NCBI GenBank assembly: GCA_043813875.1
Contig: JBDRKP010000033.1
Location: 1-13,114 of the forward strand
Source of the DNA: an archaeon
GTDB taxonomy: Archaea; EX4484-52; B79-G9
Reading direction: 5' to 3'
Length of the DNA stretch: 13,114 bases
Part shown: positions 1-7,556 of the stretch, piece by piece
Numbering within the stretch: the first letter of the stretch is position 1
Layout: each line of letters begins with the position of its first letter
The notes under the pieces: model-generated
Told to the model about the DNA's origin: nothing
Database searches by the model: none
Seen by the model: the letters and a program-made list of their open reading frames with translations, nothing else
Position numbers and translations under genes: made by a program

Positions 1-1018
1 ATGTGCCACGGCCCTGGCACTCCAGTTTCCAACTATTGTAATCGGAACACCAGAAGGATTCACCGTATTTGTCACAATTGCTTGGTGGAGCGGGGACAGT
101 ATAATTGATGCAGACGCCGTCATTGCAGCCGTTCGGGCAGGTATGTAACTCAATATCTTTTTTGCCGTCAATACAGAACCATTCGCCGACCAGATCATCA
201 TCACAATAATCTTCCTCTCCAAATAGCCAGTCTGCCGCTCTATTGTTTGGACCAGAAGTATAACCTATCTCGTAATAATTCTTGCCGCCGTCGCTATCAT
301 TGCATTGCCTGCAGACGGAGAATGTGGAGATATTGCCAACTACGTAATTATTTATCTTGGCTGGGTCGTCAAAATCGAACCGATTGTTACCATTAACGTC
401 GGCTCGTGAAAGCTGGTCTGAAGTGGGGGAGGGTAAATCAATCCAGTCGTAGGCGAGCTTCACGTCGGCATCTGTGACGTAACCATCTTTATCCAGGTCG
501 CCGTAGGAGGCGCATGGGGGAGTTTTCTTTCTTTTTTCGATACAATTGCCCTGACCGTCACAGGCGCAAGGCGGATTTGTGCATCCCAACTTATCATTAC
601 AGGATTCATCTTTTGAACCAAAAACTACAGGCTTACTGCCACAACCATTTAAGCAGGTTGGCTCGTAGCAGCTCGTGTCTTCACATGTCGCAGCATCACG
701 AGGACATCTTTCGCCGGCTGAACAGGTGCCGTCCGGACAACCATCGGTTATCCTGCAACTGGGTTCGCAGGAGTTTTTACAAGAGGAAATAAACGTTTCA
801 ATCTTTTGGATACAATTCGTTTTTTCATTGGCACAATAACTTTCAGGGTTTTCTCCTGTAATACATACATGGGAGATAAAATCACATAGGGTTTTCCAGA
901 CACTAAAACGATCACAATCACTGCATTTTATGCAATCATTATTTTGCGCAAAGGCAATATCTGAAAAGAAGAATACTGAAAGAAAAATAACCAATAAGTA
1001 CATACTGACATATTTCAT
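1..1018 (-). CDS. Secreted Cys-rich surface protein with dockerin-like domain and C-x-DSDGG module (3' end outside window)
   Basis: Manual translation from ATG at 1018 is open to the window edge (at least 339 codons). It starts with a signal peptide MKYVSMYLLVIFLSVFFFSDIAFA and then a Cys-rich region. Paired Ca-binding loops YGDLDKDGYVTDAD and ADVNGNNRFDFDD (about 505-320) are followed by CNDSDGGKNYYEIG...DYC...CPNGCNDGVC. It is absent from the ORF track because it has no stop in the window. Confidence 0.85.
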   Translation of the reverse strand, partial: MKYVSMYLLVIFLSVFFFSDIAFAQNNDCIKCSDCDRFSVWKTLCDFISHVCITGENPESYCANEKTNCIQKIETFISSCKNSCEPSCRITDGCPDGTCSAGERCPRDAATCEDTSCYEPTCLNGCGSKPVVFGSKDESCNDKLGCTNPPCACDGQGNCIEKRKKTPPCASYGDLDKDGYVTDADVKLAYDWIDLPSPTSDQLSRADVNGNNRFDFDDPAKINNYVVGNISTFSVCRQCNDSDGGKNYYEIGYTSGPNNRAADWLFGEEDYCDDDLVGEWFCIDGKKDIELHTCPNGCNDGVCINYTVPAPPSNCDKYGESFWCSDYNSWKLECQGRGT

Positions 1019-1148
1019 GCGCACGCCCCCAATACCAACATAGTAATGATATTGTTATAAAATATGTGAGGCGATAGTATATATAGTTTTGAATATTTAA
1101 TTCGTATCCTAGCATCACATTGTGGGGACGATAACCGATTTATATCAG

Positions 1149-2291
1149 TCATTCTTTTGCGGCTACTTTTATCTCGAGTGCGCCCAGCCGATAGCTACCC
1201 GTGGCCGAGAATTTCAGCTCGTTGTCCTTTTCTTTCAGATCCTCTGATGTGAATTCGAGACTGAACCATTCATTTTCCGCCAGATGAGGTATATGGTATG
1301 TCTTGTCGTTAAAATAGACTGTAATCCCGCTGTCAATGTTCACTTTTTCGACGAAGAAGCGAATCTCTCCGGTCACATTTGCGGTCTCGGACAATATCTT
1401 CCACCAGCGATCGGCATCAAAATTCACGACTTTCGTGTTCGATTCACCGCCGGCATAATAAAAGATGGCCAATTCTGCGTTTTTTAGATCGTAAGTTACG
1501 CCTTTTCTTGTCTTGAAGGTAATCAGATTTTCGCCAAGAGCCAGACTCATGTCCTTTTTTGTGAATTCTTTTTCTATGATGTCGCCGGGCAGCGGTCTTC
1601 CTTCATAGACAGTCTTCCCGTTTATCAATGCCATGAAATCGGCTAGTCCTTCGGTGTCGTCTACGGAAAATGAAAGGGTTCCATGACCCCAGCCCTCATA
1701 TTCGTACGGGAAAATCTCGAAGGGAATCACTTTTGTCTTGTCGTCGAATTTCTCTACGACCACGTTGATGTTTTCTAACAGATATGTTGTCGGCGCCCAA
1801 AACTTGAAGCCGGAACTTGCGGCAGAAATAATGAGGTTGTTTTCAGGGGATATATCTTCGACCACCAGCATAAACTTTCGCGGATAGGTGATATTTGTGT
1901 AAATCACGTCCCCGTTCAGAGATATCGAAAGGTTGCCGTAATCGTTCATGTCAGCTACATCGAACTCGATTATCGCCTTATCTGCGTCTAATCCGGGGAA
2001 ACGTATCTCTTTTGAGTTCTTCCTGAACCAACCGTTCTCGATCAGTGCTTTGTCTTCTGTGACTGCCTTGTCTTTACCCAAGGTGTATCCGACATCGAAG
2101 CTGCCCAGCTTTATGATTCTTGAGCGTGAACTTATCAGGCCGATGTCGCCTAATGATTCTTTTGAATATATCGTGTCCTTATCTATCTGTTTTTTATCGT
2201 CGACGGGTTCGTTTGGCACCTGACCGAGAACGACGAGTGCAAGCGCGAATATAAAAAGACCGACTACAAAAACTTTGACGAAATCTTCCAT
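1149..2291 (-). CDS. Hypothetical membrane-anchored protein with three repeated beta-rich domains
   Basis: 380-aa ORF with an N-terminal hydrophobic helix (FVKVFVVGLFIFALALVVLG) and threefold internal similarity (ISLNGDVIY / ALINGKTVY / VYFNDKTY). Confidence 0.8.
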   Translation of the reverse strand: MEDFVKVFVVGLFIFALALVVLGQVPNEPVDDKKQIDKDTIYSKESLGDIGLISSRSRIIKLGSFDVGYTLGKDKAVTEDKALIENGWFRKNSKEIRFPGLDADKAIIEFDVADMNDYGNLSISLNGDVIYTNITYPRKFMLVVEDISPENNLIISAASSGFKFWAPTTYLLENINVVVEKFDDKTKVIPFEIFPYEYEGWGHGTLSFSVDDTEGLADFMALINGKTVYEGRPLPGDIIEKEFTKKDMSLALGENLITFKTRKGVTYDLKNAELAIFYYAGGESNTKVVNFDADRWWKILSETANVTGEIRFFVEKVNIDSGITVYFNDKTYHIPHLAENEWFSLEFTSEDLKEKDNELKFSATGSYRLGALEIKVAAKE

Positions 2292-2531
2292 ATGTATCCT
2301 TATTACCTTTAAGGTTATATTAATTAATATAAATATATAGTAAAAGTGAACAGGTAACTTTTACATATAGATTGATGTCTATTGGTTCATGGAGTCATAT
2401 TTGTCCAGCTAGTAACGACATCAACTATAGTAAAAAGCCGATAAAGGCAAGATTTATAATTTAGTGATTTTGCATCAGATCGCTCATATTTTTGCATGTA
2501 GGGCTATCTGAGCAACATGGCGGCATGTACG

Positions 2532-3548
2532 ATGAAACTTATTAAAAAAGACCTGAAGCGTGAAACAAAGCTGAAGCCTGAAAACATGGATGATCTTTGG
2601 AATCTTAAGAACATACTGGATGAAGGCGATGTTGTCGGGGCAAAGACTCTTCGTACGCTCCAGGCGACGGATAAGGGCGAAAAACGGCCGGTGTATCTTA
2701 AGCTGCGCGTTGAGAAGCTATCATTTGATGAGGACGGCAGCAGGCTGCGCGTCCAGGGCAAGATCATCTCGGGGCCGGATGATATACAGTTCGGATACCA
2801 CAGCCTCTCTATTGAGCCGAATGATATTATCTCAATCGAGAAAGAGTGGAAGAGTTATGAAGTCATGAGGCTGAATGAATCGCTGAAGTATAAGGGCATG
2901 AAGGTCATCATCTGCGTGATCGATGAGAGAAAGGCGGATATCGCTCTTGCGACTGAAGTGAAAATTATTAACAAGGCGTCGATATCGGCTAAATCCGCGG
3001 GCAAGCAGTACGGCGGGGATTCGCCGCTTGTGTTCTATGGTGAAGTCATATCTTATCTGAAGGAGAATATGGATGAGGCTGATAAAATCATACTTGCCGG
3101 TCCGGGGTTTACGAAAGACAATATGTATGCGGCGATAAAGGATGCTAAATTGAAAGCGAAAATCATTCTTGAGGTGTCAAGTGTTACCGGAAAGACGGGG
3201 ATAAATGAGGTCATAAAGCGCGGCGGGCTTGAGCGCGTGATGAAGGAGAGCAGGATATCGTTTGAGACGAAGACGGTTGAGCGCCTGCTTGAGGAACTCG
3301 GCAAGGATAGCGGGCTTGTAACGTATGGCAAAGATCATGTCAGGAGCGCGGTCGAATGCGGCGCGGCGAGTGAGATAATCATTTCGGATAAACTCATCAA
3401 GGAGAAGGATATAGAGGATATACTCCGGGAGCAAAAAAGACAGGGAGGGGAGGCCAGCATCATCAATTCAACGCATGAGGCGGGTGAGAAGCTTTATCAT
3501 CTCGGAGGAATCGCTGCGTTCCTGAGGTATAAAATCCAAACTAGTTAG
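2532..3548 (+). CDS. pelA: mRNA surveillance / ribosome rescue protein pelota
   Basis: Motifs PENMDDLWNL, LRVQGKI, YHSLSI, IILAGPGFTK, GINEVIKRG, VTYG and HEAGEKLYHLGGIAAFLRY. Start placed at MKLIKK (2532) rather than 2517. Confidence 0.95.
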   Translation: MKLIKKDLKRETKLKPENMDDLWNLKNILDEGDVVGAKTLRTLQATDKGEKRPVYLKLRVEKLSFDEDGSRLRVQGKIISGPDDIQFGYHSLSIEPNDIISIEKEWKSYEVMRLNESLKYKGMKVIICVIDERKADIALATEVKIINKASISAKSAGKQYGGDSPLVFYGEVISYLKENMDEADKIILAGPGFTKDNMYAAIKDAKLKAKIILEVSSVTGKTGINEVIKRGGLERVMKESRISFETKTVERLLEELGKDSGLVTYGKDHVRSAVECGAASEIIISDKLIKEKDIEDILREQKRQGGEASIINSTHEAGEKLYHLGGIAAFLRYKIQTS

Positions 3549-3954
3549 AATCATCAAGCTTCGACAGAATATCTTCCAGATTTTTCTTCAGGCGGATAGC
3601 ATCGGGGTCGCTTGGGTCTTTTGTCTCTATCCTGTCAAGCATCTTCTTTGCTTCTATTATCGATTCTTTTTCGTTTTCGTTGAGGACTGATGTGTCAACG
3701 GTATCGAGATATCTTTTCAGGTATTCTGCAGAAACAGAGGATATGTCTTTCATGAAATTATCAGTATCATCTATGCTTTTTTTCAGGATATCTCTGTTTT
3801 CTTCGGTCGGATTGGCTGTGTAGCTACCTATGTTTTGAAGCATCGTGTCGGTGTGGGCCATTGCGCTGTTCATGATCAGCGCGACCATGCCGAAAAGGCT
3901 TATGAATAGGACTGAGGTGAGTGCGATTCCTGCGAATGTCGTTGTTGATGTCAT
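3541..3954 (-). CDS. Hypothetical small membrane protein
   Basis: One N-terminal TM segment (FAGIALTSVLFISLFGMVALIM) and a charged helical C-terminus. Likely ATG at 3954 rather than TTG at 3990. Overlaps the pelota end convergently by 8 bp. Confidence 0.7.
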   Translation of the reverse strand: MTSTTTFAGIALTSVLFISLFGMVALIMNSAMAHTDTMLQNIGSYTANPTEENRDILKKSIDDTDNFMKDISSVSAEYLKRYLDTVDTSVLNENEKESIIEAKKMLDRIETKDPSDPDAIRLKKNLEDILSKLDDSN

Positions 3955-4040
3955 ATTGATTCCCGTTAGTACTTCTAAATAGTACCACAATTTTATAAAT
4001 ATATCGATTATTAGAGAAAAGATAACCTAAATTAGAATAA

Positions 4041-4162
4041 TGGCGTCAGGGGAGGGATTTTCAGAACTCAAGAAAAATAATTTTTGAGTTTTTTTGAACC
4101 CTCGAGTCCTTGCGGACAGCAACTTAGCAGGCTACCGCCATACCGAGCTAGGCGACCCTGAC
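4041..4162 (-). tRNA. tRNA-Ser(GCT), intron-containing, CCA encoded
   Basis: Acceptor GTCAGGG/CCCTGAC plus G-CCA, D-arm GCC/GGC, anticodon loop CTGCTAA (GCT at 4128-4126), long variable arm GTCC-GCAA-GGAC and T-stem GAGGG/CCCTC. Removing 4058-4092 gives T-loop TTCAAAT and an 87-nt mature tRNA. Confidence 0.95.
4058..4092 (-). other. 35-nt BHB-type tRNA intron at position 59/60
   Basis: A central helix TTCA/TGAA is flanked by 3-nt bulges AAA and AAT. It is bounded by the T-stem and by an intron stem AACTCAA/TTGAGTT with one A-C mismatch next to the bulge. Confidence 0.85.
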
Positions 4163-4266
4163 ACGTAAAGCATCATTAAATGAAAACTTTTAATAATGTT
4201 GCCACACCAATAAATATAAAGATTATCAAGCTATTAGTCTATTATTTCAAGAAGAGGTGCAATCAT

Positions 4267-4536
4267 ATGGTCGTCAACGAACAGGAAATGAGTGAAATCA
4301 TGGGAAAAGATATTTTTACAGATAAAGGTTCTTATTGCGGTAAAATCGCGGATGTCGAGTTCGATCTTTCAAAGTTCAGACTGAGAGCAATCGTTGTCGA
4401 TGCTGCCAAAGGGTCTTATCTTGCTGGTGTTGTCGGCGGGAAACGAGGCGTAATCATACCTTACCCGATGATTCGAGCGATTGATGATATCGCAATCATA
4501 AAGCATATTTCTGCGCCTGAAGCCATGAATGAGTAG
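4267..4536 (+). CDS. PRC-barrel domain protein (archaeal CdpB-like)
   Basis: SD GAGGTG at 4254-4259 precedes ATG 4267, giving 89 aa. PRC signature MSEIMGKDIFTDKGSYCGKIADVEFD...IIPYPMIRAIDDIAII. Confidence 0.88.
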   Translation: MVVNEQEMSEIMGKDIFTDKGSYCGKIADVEFDLSKFRLRAIVVDAAKGSYLAGVVGGKRGVIIPYPMIRAIDDIAIIKHISAPEAMNE

Positions 4537-4563
4537 AGTGGCATTCAATGGCGTTTTTTATTT
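4522..4563 (+). terminator. Putative terminator (hairpin plus T-tract)
   Basis: GCCATGAATG (4522-4531) pairs with CATTCAATGGC (4542-4552) with one bulge. A T-run follows, between convergent genes. Confidence 0.45.
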
Positions 4564-4567
4564 ATGA

Positions 4568-5239
4568 TTAAACTATAGCCCGTATTATTCTTTTACTGTT
4601 TTCTAAACATACTATCGGAACGATTGGATATGAATCCATATCAAGACTCAATTCGACGTCTTTTGGCCTTTTTAGCGTTTCCTTTACAAGGATTGCGGTT
4701 TCGCAATTGCTTATCTGTTCTTTCATTTCTCTGAAATCAAATGGCTTTCCTTCCAGCACTGATTTTATTGCCTGTGCGCATAACTCGTCTTCCAGCCCTT
4801 TTTTACCTAATCTGCCCAAGGGGACTAGAGTTATGTCTTTTATGTGGTGCGTCTTGATGTATCCAGCGCAGGCAGTGAGGTTTACGAATGATGCCAGTAT
4901 GATGTCGGATGCTTTTCCTGCGTTCAATATGGCCTGCGTGGCATTGTTTGTTCTTAAGACCACCTTTTTTCCTGTGAAATCTATTGCATAAATCTCTGAG
5001 GGAGAGTTGTTGTGATGATAGGTGTCATGGATGTGTCCGTGCTCGCCTTCGCCGATGAGGATATATCCAACGGATTCATATTCTTCTGCCTCTTCAAGGG
5101 TGCTTACTGGAATTATCTCTTGTGCGCCGTTTTTCAGGAGTATGGGGATTGTTGTGCATGCTCTTAGAACGTCGATTATGACAATAATACCTGTTGCGCT
5201 TTTCGAGCCTTCTACAAGGCTCTGGATTTTTATCGGCAT
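4568..5239 (-). CDS. comB: 2-phosphosulfolactate phosphatase family (ComB-like) protein
   Basis: 223 aa with motifs IIDVLRACTT, NSPSE, LRTNNATQA, ASFVNLTA and LEDELCA. Confidence 0.85.
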   Translation of the reverse strand: MPIKIQSLVEGSKSATGIIVIIDVLRACTTIPILLKNGAQEIIPVSTLEEAEEYESVGYILIGEGEHGHIHDTYHHNNSPSEIYAIDFTGKKVVLRTNNATQAILNAGKASDIILASFVNLTACAGYIKTHHIKDITLVPLGRLGKKGLEDELCAQAIKSVLEGKPFDFREMKEQISNCETAILVKETLKRPKDVELSLDMDSYPIVPIVCLENSKRIIRAIV

Positions 5240-5282
5240 GATTATAAAATGGAGGTATAGAAATAAATCAGTATATTTTAAT

Positions 5283-6329
5283 TCAAGGCCTTATCTCGCC
5301 GACGAAATTCTTCAGCATCAGTTTTTTGATGGTTTCGCTATCCTTGCTGAAATTGCCATAGAGCCACATAAGTTTCACCAATGCAGTCTCACTAGTCATA
5401 TCGTGGCAGGGTATTGCGCCAGCAGCCATCGCTTTCCTCCCTGCCTCGTAAAGAGTCATGTCTACTTCGCCAAATGTGTTCTGTGTCGTGACAAAAACAG
5501 GAATTCCCCTTTTTTTCAGCATCTCGATTTTTTCTATAAGCGAATTCTCAATGAAAGGAATGTTGCCGGGACCATAGGCTTCTATAAGGATACATCTAAA
5601 CTCAGTCAACTTATCAAATATAGACGGGCTAAAACCAGGGAAAATCTTGACTAAAAATATATCACGGTCATCTATTTTTGATAAGACTTCCAATTTACTG
5701 CGATCAGAGCTATTAGATGGCGGGCGTCTCTTTTCAAATACGATTTTCCGTTTGCTGTTATCTTCAAGGGTTCCTATCATCTCGCCTATGAGATGATAGT
5801 TTATGCTTGAGTAAACATCCAGGTTCTCGTTTGTTATCTTTGTTGACTCGTTTGTCACTTTTCGTGCCTTGCAGCCTTTGATTATTTTGCTGTGAAATAC
5901 TATGCAGACCTCGTTTATGCCGGATGAGGCAACTATTATGGAGTCTATGAAATTTTCCTTTGCATCGCTTCCTTTGCCAAAGGGTTTGACACTTCCGGTC
6001 AAGACGACGGACTTTTTTAGGCCACGGAGCATGAATGAGAGCGCTGCAGACGTGTATTGCATGGTGTCTGTTCCATGAGTTATCACAAAACCATCATAGT
6101 TGTCATACTGTCTTTCTATCTCGTCTGCGATCTCGGTCCAATGGTGAGGCTGCATGTTTGTGCTGTCAATGTTAAAAAGCATCCTGCCTTCGACATCCGC
6201 GATTGCTCTGACTTCCGGGAAAAATGATATCAACTCTTCGGTTTTATAGGCAGGCCTCAAACCGTCGCCTTTGTCTACGGAGGCAATAGTTCCACCCGTA
6301 CCGATAACGAGTATTTTCTTTTTAGTCAT
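5283..6329 (-). CDS. ansA: L-asparaginase type I
   Basis: Motifs GTGGTIAS, IDSTNMQP, GFVITHGTDTM, VVLTGS, AYGPGNIP and DMTSETALVKLMW. No GatD N-terminal extension. Start placed at ATG 6329, with an alternative GTG at 6338. Confidence 0.92.
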   Translation of the reverse strand: MTKKKILVIGTGGTIASVDKGDGLRPAYKTEELISFFPEVRAIADVEGRMLFNIDSTNMQPHHWTEIADEIERQYDNYDGFVITHGTDTMQYTSAALSFMLRGLKKSVVLTGSVKPFGKGSDAKENFIDSIIVASSGINEVCIVFHSKIIKGCKARKVTNESTKITNENLDVYSSINYHLIGEMIGTLEDNSKRKIVFEKRRPPSNSSDRSKLEVLSKIDDRDIFLVKIFPGFSPSIFDKLTEFRCILIEAYGPGNIPFIENSLIEKIEMLKKRGIPVFVTTQNTFGEVDMTLYEAGRKAMAAGAIPCHDMTSETALVKLMWLYGNFSKDSETIKKLMLKNFVGEIRP

Positions 6330-6380
6330 TAGAATCACACTTAATACGTATCCGGTATTATTTTAAAGTTTATCTATGAA

Positions 6381-7556
6381 TTATATGCGCACGACGCCGC
6401 TCTCTTCTGCTGCTTTTTTTACTGCCTCTGATACACGGTCTTTCACTTTAGGGTCCAGGGGGTTGGGTATCACGCAGTCTGCTGTCAATTCATTTTCCGG
6501 TACGCATCCTGCGAGGGCGAATGCGGCTGCGATCTTCATCTTCTCGTTTATCTGTGTAGCATGGGCATCGAGTGCGCCTCTGAATACTCCAGGAAATGCG
6601 AGGACGTTGTTTATCTGGTTCGGGTAGTCTGAGCGGCCTGTGCCGACGACTTTTGCGCCTGCTTTCTTTGCAAGATCCGGCATGATCTCAGGCACGGGGT
6701 TTGACATCGCGAATACGATCGCGTCTCTTTTCATGCTCTGTACCATTTCGGGCGTGACTATGCCCGGCGCTGAGACGCCGATGAACACATCGGCACCGAC
6801 AAGAGCGTCTTTTAGCGTACCGCTGAGGTTTTCTTTGTTTGTCAGTTCTGCCATGTCTTTCTTGAATGGGTTTAAGTCGCTGCGGTCATGCGATATTATG
6901 CCTTTGCTGTCGCAGAGTATTATGTCTTTTACGCCGAGGTTGAGGAGCATTTTCGAGACTGCGATGCCGGCTGCGCCTGCGCCGCTGGTCACGATTTTAA
7001 TATCTTCTATCTTTTTTGAGACGACCTTGAGCGCGTTTATGATGCCTGCTGCAACGACTATCGCTGTGCCGTGCTGGTCATCGTGGAAGACGGGGATGTC
7101 CAGTTCTCTTTTCAAGCGGTCTTCCACTTCAAAGCATCTTGGTGCTGAAATGTCTTCCAGGTTGATTCCGCCGAATACAGGAGCAATCTGTTTCACTGTG
7201 TTTACGATGACGTCAGGGTCCTGTGATTCTATGCAGATCGGGAAGGCATCGACATTTCCGAATCTCTTGAAGAGTATGCATTTTCCTTCCATCACAGGGA
7301 TGCCTGCGTAGGTGCCGATGTTGCCGAGGCCGAGGACTGCGGAGCCGTCTGAGACGACTGCGACGAGATTGCCTTTTGAGGTGTAATCATAGACAGTGCT
7401 CTTGTCTTTATGTATGGCCCTGCATGGCTCTGCGACGCCCGGAGTGTAATACAGGCTCAAGTCCATCTTTGTCTCAAGCGGGACTTTGCTTTTTATCTCT
7501 ATCTTGCCTTTGTATTTCTTGTGAAGCGCCAGGGCCAACTCATTTATGTCTGTCAT
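6381..7556 (-). CDS. NAD(P)-dependent malic enzyme (short MaeB-type, no PTA domain)
   Basis: Motifs YTPGVAEPC, DGSAVLGLG, PVMEGK, GGINLEDI, FHDDQHGT, GAGAAG, DSKG and GRSDYPNQINNVLAFPG. SD-like GAAGGTG precedes ATG 7556. Confidence 0.95.
   Translation of the reverse strand: MTDINELALALHKKYKGKIEIKSKVPLETKMDLSLYYTPGVAEPCRAIHKDKSTVYDYTSKGNLVAVVSDGSAVLGLGNIGTYAGIPVMEGKCILFKRFGNVDAFPICIESQDPDVIVNTVKQIAPVFGGINLEDISAPRCFEVEDRLKRELDIPVFHDDQHGTAIVVAAGIINALKVVSKKIEDIKIVTSGAGAAGIAVSKMLLNLGVKDIILCDSKGIISHDRSDLNPFKKDMAELTNKENLSGTLKDALVGADVFIGVSAPGIVTPEMVQSMKRDAIVFAMSNPVPEIMPDLAKKAGAKVVGTGRSDYPNQINNVLAFPGVFRGALDAHATQINEKMKIAAAFALAGCVPENELTADCVIPNPLDPKVKDRVSEAVKKAAEESGVVRI

Noticed and set aside
514..792. 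92-aa plus-strand ORF
   Set aside because: Antisense shadow of the minus-strand surface protein.
4180..4266. N-terminal extension of the PRC-barrel ORF
   Set aside because: Covers AT-rich promoter sequence. The SD at 4254-4259 supports ATG 4267.
5022..5654. 210-aa plus-strand ORF and the other antisense or alternative-frame ORFs in the track (e.g. 6640-7311, 9518-9892, 11575-12324)
   Set aside because: They overlap well-supported genes and have no recognisable motifs.
5283..6329. GatD (Glu-tRNA(Gln) amidotransferase subunit D)
   Set aside because: Lacks the GatD N-terminal domain, and no gatE is adjacent.
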